A DNA stretch of 64,000 nucleotides from Tricharina praecox. Lineage: Eukaryota. Below the pieces are notes generated by a model. It did no database searches, had not been told where the DNA came from, and saw only the letters and a list, made by a program, of their open reading frames with translations. Within the stretch, counting starts at the first letter, position 1. Each line of letters starts with the position of its first letter. A program made the translations under genes and the position numbers. The DNA lies in assembly GCF_024521635.1 (NCBI RefSeq), contig NW_026250416.1, positions 682,001 through 746,000 of the forward strand. Reading direction: 5' to 3'. Positions 12,119 to 23,665 of this stretch are shown in pieces.

Positions 12119-13974
12119 GATGGATGGGTTTGAATAAGGAGATATGGGAAATAAGTGTTTTCAAGCAGACAATAAGAACGAGAACTAGGGCGCTTCCCGA
12201 TGAGGTTTAAAAGTTGGGAAGAGAAGATAGGAAATATGTCGAGATATAGTCCGATGGTCAAGAAAGCACAGCAATGTGCGCTATCTCCAAACTTATCGTG
12301 TGTCGACTATCTTGTGTGGTACGTGTAGGTAGAAGTAAAGAGGATGTGTAGAAACGAAGAAAGCAATGAACGGCCCGCTCCTGTTTCCCAAGCCCGCCAC
12401 ACTAATACCCCTGTAACAAGGTGATGACATAAGATAGGTGTGGAAATGGAATGGGGAGATGGAGGTAAGAGAGGGACTCTGCTATCCGTAACACAAGTGA
12501 TACGCATCGATTGATAATATGAATTGGCCGTACGGCAGCATCACCCAGAACCTCGATCGGGGTGGTGACGGAGCCACACGTGCATCACTCGATCCAATAC
12601 ATTCACGCCGTGAGTTTACCTGCGTGTATCTCATGTTTCTTACAGTACCGGAATACCGGTAACTTACGAGAAATTACCGGGGAGTTTGCAGAAACGTAAT
12701 TACAGGAGAATGACAGCCAAAGACTTTCCCCTTACCACAGTATTCCCTTACCGGTCACATTTCGTACCTCACCGCAGCCCTGGATACTGTTCGGCGTAGT
12801 GTGGATGGCCACGAGATTTCTGATGAACACACTCGGTAGAGATGGATCCTCGCACAAGAATTGCAGCGTGATAGTGCATGCTTGGATGTTCAACACCAAG
12901 CCCAGTGAGTACCTACTCAGTAACCTGGGCAGATAAGATGTGGCTTCGAAGTAACTAACAATGGCTCGTTCGTTAGGTTACAAAAAGTGATCATGGAGTG
13001 GATTCATTGTTCATACGCATGCCAGCTGTAAGAGGCCACCCAGGCGAGCACCAAAGGAAAATATCTGCCGGCGGAGATTATATCGGAAATTGGGGAGTAG
13101 GAACTTCGATTCGCGGGATGGGGATATTGGGTTGTGGGGCCTGCACAAACGAGCTTATTGGCGCCGGCGGGACTCGGATTCGGGCTCTCGATTCCCGGGA
13201 GCTTCGACGACATTGCCTACCACGATTGATGATCGTATGACAACAAGGACGCGGCGGGAGGAAGATCGTAGCCAAACATTCGGGCCCGCATGCTCCGTAT
13301 ATCGCGCCGGGCTCAGCTGTTCTCAAGGGAGGGAGTTTTCCCAAGGAACGACAGACCCAAACCGGAGGTTTTCCCATTGATCTCGTTCGGCGTGGTTTGA
13401 CAGCTGCAATCTGTGTAATTCTTTGGACTTCGGAAGTACGGCTGAAACTGATAAGGTGTTGCGGTTTCTTTGTTCCAATACACGGTCGCTGTTGAGAGTA
13501 TAAAGCCCAGTCGCCCGGAAGTAGTATTCACCAAAGAAAACCTAATTTTAGATAGGCGATTGGGGATTTCGCCATGAAATACGGAGTTGTGGGAGACGAA
13601 GTCAAAGAAGAGAACTCGGAAAATTCACAAACAAACTAATAGTAGGTGCAGTGACAATTGTTCTACTGAGACTTGGCACCGACAAACTGAACGCCATCAT
13701 TTCAAAGCTGGAAGTGACTGCTCAGATAATTCTATCTCTAATTTTGTGATATACGGTAGTGGACGATAACAAATTGAATATAAAGTCACCGGGGAGCTGT
13801 TCAAGGACCCCCTCTCCCTTTGTCGCCTCTACCCTACTCACGACACCACCTTTGTCTTCACACCCGAACTCCTTCAACAACTATCTTCTACCTTTATCTA
13901 ATATCACCTTCACCCGAATTCCTTCAACAACCAACCTCTACCCTCACAATCCAATACCATCCCCGCCGTCCAAA

Positions 13975-14559
13975 ATGTGAACTCCTACCTTCTCGACCCA
14001 GCAACTTCTGGCAATTTTCATGGTGCTCATAGCTGTCATCCCCGCCTCGGCAGCACCAGTCAAACCCTCGTCTTCCCCGGAAGAAGCAACCATCTTCGAC
14101 GTCAACATCACCACCTATGCCGACAAACTTAGCCTTCCCGACGGCGTCACGATCGTGTACCAGGGCATCGTGCCACCGGACATTCCATTGGACGGCAGTA
14201 GCAACTACCCGCTGGAGTTCGAGGCCATAACGCGCGACGACGTTTTAAATTACGGTAAATGCGAGACCTCATCAGCCTCTCCCACGCTCACGAAGATCGA
14301 GGCCGCCCGCAAAAAGGTCGTAGCCATGGGCGACAATCTCTGCGTCATCCGAAACATGTACAAGTCCGAATGCTCCACTATAGCATCGTACAAGGGCGGC
14401 GCCCTCGGTCTCTGCGGCGGCTTCCTCTACGGCATCAACTGTAAGTGGATTGCTTGGGCGGCTGCCTGGGTCGCCAAAACCTGTGTTAATCACGATCTGG
14501 GTGATCGCGCTGGTGGCACGTGGTTTTTCAGCCCGCAGATGAGAGCGGTCATCTTCTAA
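13975..14559 (+). CDS. Small secreted Cys-rich protein (Ecp2/Hce2- or KP4-like effector candidate); open from 14020, upstream in-frame ATG at 13975 followed by TGA
   Basis: Hydrophobic leader ending ASA-AP; C-terminal domain CETSSASP...C...C...CGG...C...C...RAGG with 6 Cys; TATAAA at ~13779 upstream. Confidence 0.7.
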
Positions 14560-15389
14560 GGCGCCGGCGATACTGGGAAGGCTTTGAGGCTGGTTTGTTG
14601 GGGCTGGGGATTTGGCGCGAAGATGGAGTTCGAGTTCTGATGGTCCGCAATAAACCGTTTTGAAATATATGGAGTGGGGTTCTTTTCGAGTGACCATGTC
14701 TAATCCACAAAAATCCGTGATACGATATATCTGCGCGACTTCTGATTTATCGACCATTCGTTCCTGCACCATTCTCTAAAATCGTTCCCCTTCTCCCCAC
14801 AACTACTAGATGCCCATGCCGCTCCATTATGCCGAGAAGATCATGCCATCCTAATACCCAATTATCAACCCAACCCCCCTCGTAGTCATCACATCATCTC
14901 ACTCACCCTCCTCGTCTCTTGCAAAACTCAAAAACCTGGTCAACCGTCTTTTTAAGCCTTCGGCGATTGGAGGGACTTGAGGGGACGAGGCGACGTGAAG
15001 AGCGGAGTGGCGCACCGTGTCTCACCCGATTTCCGCTTAGTACCCTAAATTACAGGTTTCTGGTCACCAATAGGCCGTAAGAACAGCTAAGATCCTTATC
15101 GGATAACTTGCCATCACAGTTCGGCGTGATACACCACAGAGGACTTCAGTATATAAGCAATTGACTCTTCTATTTATCAGCACATGGAGATAATAAAGTT
15201 GCTCGCTGAAACTACTCGTACACGTACAAATACACCTCCAAGAGTATCTATTCCGTCGATTGCCGTCAACATCGAATCAAAAAACATCAAAAACATCAAA
15301 GCATCACAGTCCAAAATCATACTCTTCGCAGCTCCGCTACCATCATGATCCACTCGAGTCCCACCGTCACCACCGCAGTCAACCGACCC

Positions 15390-16973
15390 TCAAAGAATCG
15401 AAGGAGGTGCCAACACCACCGCCGCACCTATCGAAGCAAGTAGCGTCACGCCGGTTGCAATCCTTAGAACCGTACCACTGCTCTGCACCTCCGAGCCCTT
15501 CTTCGGCGTCGGCTGGACGACAACGATCTCGAGACCTTTTGTTTCGGAAATGTATGGCGCCGTTCCGCCGGTCGTGACGATCGTGGTGGTTAAGAGCGTC
15601 GTTTCATTGTTATTGTCCGTAGTGGCCTTCGGCTTAGCCGTCTTCCTGGTCTTCGGCGTTTCTTCGTCGGTTTCTGCTTCCTCATCATCGCTGGCTTCGG
15701 AGGCCTCGGTCTCGGACGGCGTGGCGGTGATCAAAACAGTTCTTGATTGTGACCTGGTCGTGAGGCAGCCGGATTCGACGGCCACGTCCGATTCGGTGAC
15801 CGTGACGGCGAGGGTTTGAGGTTCGGATGGGAAGCCTGTGAGAATTGTGACCGTGGTTGTGTCATGCTCCTGGCTGGTCTTGGGGGCCCCCACTGTGACG
15901 GTGGTGATTCGGTGCGTAGCGGATGCGGAATCGGTGCGGGTAGTAGAGGGATCGAAGGGATCACAAGAAGTCTCAACAGTAGAGCCCTCGGAAACGTCCA
16001 CATCCACCTCTTCCTTACGTTCGGTATCGGTCTCAGCGGCAGCGGACGCATGCAAAGTCGACAGCCTTGCCTCCTCGGAGGGAAGTATCTCTTCGTCTTC
16101 CTCCAATCCCTCGAGCGTCTCGATCTCCGTGGGGTCGACCGTATCACCAAGAGACGAATGCTCCGCTTCTTCCTCCATCGGCCCGCCATCGGATAATGAT
16201 TCCGCCCCAATTTCGCTCTTTCTTTCATCTCTTGACGGGTCCTCCAACCTTTTTTGCTTCATCCATCCCGTCGGCACCGCCCGATCTGTTCTTTTGTTCG
16301 TCCGCGCTGCACAGGAACGGATGGAAGCGAGGATCATCTCCTCCTGTGGCAGTAGCATCCCATCTTCCTCCAATGCCTCAAGTTTATTGAGCTCGTCGGC
16401 AATCCCGTGGTTATGCGGTGTCTCCTTCGAAGAATTGCCGGTAGGATTGACTATCTGGTATTCAATCACCGTGACCTGGGTAACCGTGCCGTCTTCCTCC
16501 TCGCATGATTCTTCATCGGAGCGGCGAGTGATGCTCAGTCGAGGGATCGACGTCGTCGGGGTATTGATGTTCGATGGAGCTGGCGTACTGCATGTAGTGC
16601 GGTATTCTGCGATCGTATCCCCCACAATTGTATCCCCTTCCGCCGAGATCGATGCCGGTATCACCTCCGTGGATTCGTCCTCTGTAGCTATTCGTATTTT
16701 CGTTGGTAGAGACGTCTCCAGCTTCGAGTCAAAGATCGTAGACGTGGGTACTGGGCATGCCAAAATTGTCGTACTTGTGAGCTCGACAGTGCTTGTGGGG
16801 GTTACGATGCACACAGAAGTGGCCGTGTCTTCGAGGAACTCCGTGCTTGTCCGAACTGCGGCGTCGGTGAGAGTGATAACGGTGTTCGACGAGGGCGCGG
16901 GTGTCGGTGGTGCTCCGATGACCTCCGGGAGGAGAAAGGCGGTGACGATAAGAAGGATACGGTAGATGAACAT
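15390..16973 (-). CDS. Secreted Ser/Thr/Glu-rich, likely GPI-anchored protein, 527 aa, single ORF
   Basis: Signal MFIYRILLIVTAFLLPEVIG; shares LEEDEEILPSEEARLSTLHASAAAE and TLAVTVTESDV with 9565-12118; C-terminal SSG plus hydrophobic tail typical of a GPI signal. Confidence 0.8.
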   Translation of the reverse strand: MFIYRILLIVTAFLLPEVIGAPPTPAPSSNTVITLTDAAVRTSTEFLEDTATSVCIVTPTSTVELTSTTILACPVPTSTIFDSKLETSLPTKIRIATEDESTEVIPASISAEGDTIVGDTIAEYRTTCSTPAPSNINTPTTSIPRLSITRRSDEESCEEEDGTVTQVTVIEYQIVNPTGNSSKETPHNHGIADELNKLEALEEDGMLLPQEEMILASIRSCAARTNKRTDRAVPTGWMKQKRLEDPSRDERKSEIGAESLSDGGPMEEEAEHSSLGDTVDPTEIETLEGLEEDEEILPSEEARLSTLHASAAAETDTERKEEVDVDVSEGSTVETSCDPFDPSTTRTDSASATHRITTVTVGAPKTSQEHDTTTVTILTGFPSEPQTLAVTVTESDVAVESGCLTTRSQSRTVLITATPSETEASEASDDEEAETDEETPKTRKTAKPKATTDNNNETTLLTTTIVTTGGTAPYISETKGLEIVVVQPTPKKGSEVQSSGTVLRIATGVTLLASIGAAVVLAPPSIL

Positions 16974-18192
16974 GATCGCGGAGCTGAATGGGAAAGATGG
17001 GAATAGGTGAGGAGATAGGGAGATTTGCGTCGAGGGTATAAGATGTAAGTGGCGATGGCAGGTATGAACGTTGGTTGCGAGAGAGTGGACGGGGTCTATG
17101 GATGCCAACCTTACGTGAGCCATGCGGGGGGCCCACTTCGGCCGAATTAGAGTATACCATCGTACATACTCCGCACAGCGAATTGCCCCGCACAGCGAAT
17201 TGCCCCGCACACCGGTACGCCAGCCGGATGATAAAGTTCCCATACTCTGTCCAGTTCGTAAATCCCAAACTGACTTCTGTAGCCCAATATGATAATCGAA
17301 AGGTTAGGAAGGCTTGATTCCCATGTTAGCCAGAAGTGTGAAAAAGTTTCATTCCCGACGAGATGCAAGTGCCCCGCTTTCGGTAGAACCGCCATAGCCA
17401 TACGGATGCCGAACGAAGACGAGCATCTCCGGACCAGGACACAGAGATCAGAGGTGCCATACACGCCCATAGCTTCATATTCGTGGGCAAGGCTACCACA
17501 GCTGTGCCAATTTCTGGCACCATCTCAAGCACGTCCTGCAGAATGGGGGGAGAGTAATAACCTCAACGGATACAAATTGACTTTGCTATTTCTGGCTAGC
17601 ACGGACGTCGGCTCCCCCTAACCTTATTCACAAGGACTCGGCAATCCTGACAAGACCTTGTGGAGTGGTTAAAGTGGTACCACTCCGAGTTTCGGGCGTT
17701 GAACGGTGATCCGAGCCCATTCAATATCAGCAATCATTCCGATACCTTGTATTGCGACCCAAAATAGTATCTTTACGTTCAAAAATCACCATGTATCCAA
17801 ATCATATCCCAAGCCAGTCTACTGCTGTAGAGTTCTAGAGGCTGATAGAGTCTGAGGAAACTGGGGATTCCGGGTAGATATATCGGTAGGGCTCGTGGGT
17901 GTCGATGGTATGCTGATCATTCCGGTTACAAGGTTGGTGATCACGGCGGTTTTCATGGTCATATGGAGGGAGTCTTGTGCATGTGTTCAATTGGTTCGCC
18001 CTCGTAAATGAGAGCATCTCATTCGCCGTTGATACAATACAACAAGTTGCAGCATTCGGACCTTCCCGCCTCTGGTCTCTTTGTTCGCCCCCATCTTCAC
18101 TTAGACGCCCGTGTTTTTTGCCAATACGCAACAGAGTACACACTCGCGCTCGAATCAGCACCACACAAAGTTCTCGACCCATGGCTTTGTAA

Positions 18193-18965
18193 TTACCTGC
18201 TCGGTTGCAGCACCACCTCGCCGATGACCGCAGTGTACGCCCTCGACGCATCCTTGAAGTTTTTCTTCTCTCTCTTCATGATGTCCGAGTGGATGGACTG
18301 CACATTCTTCATGGCATGGATCTTGAAGCCCAGATCTTCGATCGCCTCGAGCTTGGTCATAGCCTCATCGATGAGCTTGTGGCGCTGGAAAAGGGTCCAG
18401 TTCTTGGCGTACAGGATGTAGCGTGCCTCATAGAGGATCGTGAGGTTGTACTCTTCTGACGGTCCCTTCTCGATCAAGTCGATGACGTGCATAGTGGCGT
18501 CGCGCCAGGGCTGAGACAGCTCGTTGACCGCGGCCGTCTCCTCGTGCAGCAGCGACAAGTGCCTGTTGACCATGGCACGCCAGACGGGGAAGTCAATGGT
18601 GTTGTTGACGACCACGTGGAGGGTGCTGAGGAGGTGCTGCGGCTCGATGACTGTGGACATTCATTAGCACACGTACCACCACCACCACCGCAAGTGGGAA
18701 CGCCGGGACTGGTGACTAACGCTTTACACTCTCGGCGTATTCGTCGCGCTCCGGCTTGACATTGTAGAGATCGCACAGGTGCTTGAGCTTCTCGCCAACT
18801 ATCGCCGCACAGCGTCAGCCAACTCTAACTCTATTTCGCCCTTCCGCCGCGGCCCACACCGAAAGCAAACTGAACAAACAAACCTTTCGGGAGATGGGAA
18901 AGCTCGACAACCTTGCTGTCGTGATCCGGGTCGATCCTGTGATTTAACACACACTTCGCCGACAT
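18193..18965 (-). CDS. Hypothetical protein ~205 aa, 3 exons (18965-18884, 18798-18721, 18650-18193)
   Basis: Introns GTTTGT...GCTGAC...TAG and GTTAGT...GCTAAT...CAG join in frame: MSAKCVLNHRID...LPKVGEKLKHLCDLYNVKPERDEYAESVKLIEPQHLL. GC3-rich codons. The 3' end may splice further (AG|GTAATT at the stop). Confidence 0.7.
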
Positions 18966-19837
18966 TTTGTGATGACAATGTCGATGAGGGTGGAAGATGG
19001 CAATTCGTACGTGGGGGTGGATGTAAGGATTGTAGGAAGTTGCGGACGGACGGGAGAGGGATGTCACGGGTAAGGATCGGCGCTATTGTAGAACGTTACT
19101 CGCCTATTTTGCCGTTTAGGGCAATTTCACACTTCACCTCAAGTTAGCGTACTACCACGTGTGAGTAGAGTACAAGCTTCGTTCAATTGTCGGAGGGAAT
19201 TCTTTCGAAAATAAACACAACCCAAAACACCCCCCGCTGTCACTGCCATATCTTTAGCTTTCAAGCCAACTGTACTGTGATGTGAGTTGCGTGTAGGAGC
19301 CCCTTGTGAGTTGCCGAAACCACGTGATTCAAAACCGGCCAACTTCTGTTTATCTTTCGCTACTCACATATCGAGCTGTTTAGACCCGTCTTGTGTCCTC
19401 TCGGAAAGCGGTAAGAGATCCTCGACGGGTACGGGTAACTGATGAACTGATTCAATTGACAAAGTACGCAACAAGAAAGAAAACAGACCTGAGTACTTCA
19501 GACATCAACAAAGTATCCCTGCGATGTTGAACGACAGACGGGGAAAACAATCAATCAGTCCAAACGTTTCCAAGCCTGCATCGGATCTACCGCCCGCATC
19601 TCCCTTCGGGCTCTTGAAATTGCCCCCTCTTATTAAACCCGCTCCTCGGAAACTGGGGCTCGCCAGGTCTCACCAGATCCCAACATCCGCCCACAAAGTC
19701 CCCACAAAGTCCCCCAAGTCCCACACCGTCCACAGCCGTGGTCTTCTCCGTCTCCTTCAAGTTGCCCTTACCTCTCAATCCCACTGCGGTGGCCTACAGC
19801 TCATACTCATAGAGCACGGTTCACCGGATGAACAGCG

Positions 19838-19925
19838 GCACAAGGGGGCCCTGGGGTAGTGGCTAACCTGCCACTTTCCCATCGGGAAAAAGGTGGCGAC
19901 GCGGGTTCGATTCCCGCCTTGTGTA
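19838..19925 (+). tRNA. tRNA-Gly(CCC) with a 9-nt canonical intron and an atypical 7-nt insertion after the acceptor stem (possibly a pseudo-tRNA)
   Basis: Acceptor GCACAAG/CTTGTGT-A; D arm GGGT-AGTGGCTA-ACCT; anticodon arm CCACT-TT-CCC-A-[TCGGGAAAA]-A-GGTGG; T arm GCGGG-TTCGATT-CCCGC; TTTT terminator just downstream. Confidence 0.8.
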
Positions 19926-21063
19926 TACTGTTTTGGTTTTACTCCTTCCCAGCACTTCAGTCGCTGGTGTATCGGATTCGGGCCCGGGTGAGCGCTGCCA
20001 CCTCCCGCCGGATGGCCGCTGCCACAATGGTTTTCGTGAGCAAAACGAAAGGTCATCGTACCTCAGCACCCGATGTACATGATCTCGATACCCTACGATG
20101 TGTTTTGATGGTCATGATACATACCAAGTGTGTCGAGATGTTAGTCCCCACATCCCCCGTCGCGCAGAAGAACCGCTATATATACACTCGCTATCGGGCC
20201 ACATTTCTTGAACGCCTATGCTAATCGAATCTTGACAAACTCAAGCTTCGCAACGTCTCAGTATCAAGGGTTGGCTCGGTTATTAGGGATACGGCAACCT
20301 ACGGTAACCTACGGGCAACGCCATTCTACGTACGTGGACTGTTAAATCTACTCTACCAACCCATATACTGCGCGGCGTAAAATGTTACCGGTGAGCGGCC
20401 TGTTTGTAGATCGGGGCGATGGGGGGAGATGAATACTAAATAGTGGGGTTGATGGTGGGCGAACGATTCATTGATGGCGATGGTCTTGGTCTCGGTACAG
20501 ATGGTAGGTAAACAAGAGAGTCCCCCAGCTCCGCTCCTCGTCCCCCCCCCCCCCCCCACCTGGCACCACTAGCCAGGAAACGGCTTACAAACAGATGTAA
20601 TGCTCCACACCCGCAGTAATTGCAGCGCTTGAGCGGCCATGGGAACAGACCGAAGGATTAGATAGATTACTCGGGATACGTTCCGGATGAGGGTGGGGCC
20701 TCCCAGAGGACCTATAGTGATCAAGCCTGCGACCATTATCAAACGTTTCAGGACGTCCAAACCACAACACTTCCCTTAGTTCGGAATCCCGTCAGAAACA
20801 ACCATGTATTGAAGACCCATAAGAAACCCCCGTCAAACGAAAACCCATAAAACCTTGGTACCTCGTTAAAATTCATGGCCTCGTAAAAAGCCTTCAAGCA
20901 GACGGAAACTCGTGGCTACCTGAGAAAGAGTATACCAAACAGAAAATGAAAGAAGCATGTATCCTAATAATTAATTGGCACCAGTAAGCGCTGTACGCTT
21001 CAAAACCGAAACCACAGGCTTCCCTTGATCCCAACGCGTCATCTCAACTCTAACCACATGCTT

Positions 21064-21420
21064 CTAGTGCGTATCCCGGGGAGACTCTTCGTCAGGAAGT
21101 CTGCAACCATCTGCGCTGTCGGCAGCTAGATTGTTTTGATGACGTCGCGCTCGTATGCGTCTAGGAAGAAGTGAAATCGCACACCGATGTGCTTCGTCTG
21201 TTCGTGTAGATTCCGGTTCTTGGCCGGCTGTATGGCGCCGTGGTTGGCCACACAGATATCCTGTGGATGGGCTTCGAATGCAGTGAGTCGACAGTAGAGG
21301 GAACGGATCCAAATCTCGTCCATTCTAGTAGCATCAACATCAAGCCCCCCCCCCACTTACTCGTGAGCATCTGCATCAGCCGGCAGGCTAAAATTGCCTT
21401 TCGGCCGATAGCAGAAGGAG
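21064..21420 (-). mobile_element. Degenerate Ty1/copia retrotransposon RNase H fragment
   Basis: Translates as EIWIRSL...ICVANHGAIQPAKNRNLHEQTKHIGVRFHFFLDAYERDVIKTI*LPTAQMVADFLTKSLP, matching the copia DNQGAI...KHIDVRYHF...ADILTK motifs; one in-frame stop; an ADAD motif lies upstream in another frame. Confidence 0.85.
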
Positions 21421-22605
21421 AATCGTAACCATACTGACCGTCACGGGCCAGTAGGTTCTCATCTCGGGAGCCTCCTCCACAACGACCCCCTCCTCCAAGT
21501 CCCGCCCATGCTGCGCTTCGGCTACCCCCTGCGCTTCGGCCAGAGACTCGTCCTCCGGCTCTTCCGCCGCTTGCCTCACTCCCAGCTCCTCCCAGATCTC
21601 GTCCTCATCCGCAAAGCGCACCGCCACGATCTCTCTCTGGAGCTGGCGCTCGAGGGTCAAAGCCCTATCATGGGCGGCGAGAAGGTCGTTCTCCTTCATC
21701 TCGGCATGTTCGATCTCTCGCCCGTGGACGCGGTCCCTCCGAAGACGGTAGGGAGCAAATCGGCGGCCGACACGAGAGGAGATGGCGGCTCTGCGTGGCC
21801 CCTTTCCGGAAGAGCTTGGCGCGGAGGGAGTACCGGCAATGCTCACGGCAATTGAAGGATTCCCATCCTTGCCATTCTCTTCCGCCTCGGTCGTCGAGGT
21901 CTTCATCCCCCCATCCAACGGTCTGCTTCCATCTGCTTCAGCGAGCAGATTTGCCTCCAAGGCAAGCGCCACAAGATGCGCTTCCTCGAGGTCTTCCTCT
22001 TTCTTCGGAGCGTTCTGCAGCCCCCATGAACGATGGACTCGAGGTCCAAACGGGCCGTAAAGAGACCTGCGCGGGAAGGTTGGAGCGAGGCGCGGGAAGG
22101 GAAAAGTGAGGCGCTTGGCACTCGGAAGCTTGAGGTCGTCGTCTGCTGGCCGCTTCAAAGGGCTCCGACGAGCGGACTCGTCATCACGGCCACTGGCAGG
22201 AAGACGGTTCAAGGCGGAGCTGCGCTCCCCTACGAGGTCCGGTGCTGTCGCATCACGGTACCTCTGACTTAAGTCAGTAATAGTTGGCTTCACTGGGGTC
22301 GAAGCACTTACCTTGCCATTACTGGCTCTATCAACGGCCTGTCCTTGGACAGAGCTGCTGCTCCGGGTAGTCCGAAGATTTCTGGCCGGAGGGCCTCCGT
22401 CGGTGTCCTCCTCACCGAAAGGATTGAGGCGCTTGCGAGACATTACCTCTGTGATCGTCCTGATCGAGGCAGCGCTCAGGTGGCGGCTTTGCGCGAGGAG
22501 CTCTGGTATGTTGGGCAGCGTGGTTGGGGTAACGCGACGAGAGGTATCCGTGGTGGAAGTGGTGCGAGGACGGGGTACAGACGTAGTGGAGTTGGGTCTC
22601 GTCAT
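21388..22605 (-). CDS. Hypothetical, largely disordered basic/acidic protein (405 aa)
   Basis: Long ORF with AAAATG start context and an Arg/Lys-rich (KRPADDDLKLPSAKR) then Glu-rich composition; no recognised domain. Confidence 0.55.
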   Translation of the reverse strand: MTRPNSTTSVPRPRTTSTTDTSRRVTPTTLPNIPELLAQSRHLSAASIRTITEVMSRKRLNPFGEEDTDGGPPARNLRTTRSSSSVQGQAVDRASNGKVSASTPVKPTITDLSQRYRDATAPDLVGERSSALNRLPASGRDDESARRSPLKRPADDDLKLPSAKRLTFPFPRLAPTFPRRSLYGPFGPRVHRSWGLQNAPKKEEDLEEAHLVALALEANLLAEADGSRPLDGGMKTSTTEAEENGKDGNPSIAVSIAGTPSAPSSSGKGPRRAAISSRVGRRFAPYRLRRDRVHGREIEHAEMKENDLLAAHDRALTLERQLQREIVAVRFADEDEIWEELGVRQAAEEPEDESLAEAQGVAEAQHGRDLEEGVVVEEAPEMRTYWPVTVSMVTILLLLSAERQF

Positions 22606-23665
22606 TTTCTAGGTAGAGCGAAAAGAGCGAGAGGAAACAGAGAAGTGGTGTGATCGTGATTTCGTTGAAGCTGAAAGTTGTGGACGATCGTGTCTGTTTG
22701 TAGGCGAAGAAGAAGAGGAATAGGAGGAGGAAGCCGATAGGAGAGGAAGGTCAACCATCAAAGTGGGCTTGGAATAGTAGGGCTTTTAACCCCTACGTAG
22801 ATATTTTGCTGGACCCCCTCAAACCACATGCCGCACAGCACACCATACTTACCAAGCACAAGCAGGGCTAGAAGATTGTCTAATATCACAGTAACGAGCT
22901 CTTTTGAAGTTCCAGAATTTGTCCATTACGCTCTTCACTTTCAACATATTGGGGATGGTGATGCATGTCGAGTGATCTAATATGAAGGGCTGCCGAGAGA
23001 GAGATCCAGCTTAATACTATCAGTAGAGCCTTCCAACTACACGCGCTCGATCTGGAGTATCCCTGATCTGGGACGGACAGCCAAATATTGTCACTCTTAT
23101 GAATCCACTCCGCCACCCTGATCATCACTGACAGTGCTCGAACCACGGCCCACAGATATGACACGCGAGATGTACCAAATTCCAACCTCACGGCCTTCGT
23201 CTACGGTCCTACGGAGCGTGGCGGATGGATTATGGAGGAGTGTTGCTGGAGAATCGCCGTGGGCCTATGGCGGACAGAGCTTAGGGAGCGAGTAATACCA
23301 CGGCCCAAGCGCTTAGCCCGCCAGGTCAATGGCAGATATAAATCTGCAGACGATTACTTTACTCACAGCACAGAAACCCGGGTTCGGACTGACGTTGCCT
23401 GCGGGCTGTAGGTCTGTAGTATGCACCGCGGAGCTCACATGTGTACGAAAACCGGCACACTCCCGACTCGTCACTCGTGCATGAATTACCTCCACCACAG
23501 CCAATCGTGGGAGATCCAGCGACAAAAGGATCAAATTTTATTCCTACGCACATCCCACAAAAACCATCCACACATCCACATATCCACCCATCTCCACATC
23601 CACATCCACAGCTCTCCTCATATGCGCGCGGCTGGCAGGCGGCGGGAGGGGGGACCCGCCATGAA

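Noticed and set aside
9869..16965. Long plus-strand ORFs (9869-10831, 15838-16965)
   Set aside because: Antisense shadows of the Ser/Thr/Glu-rich genes.
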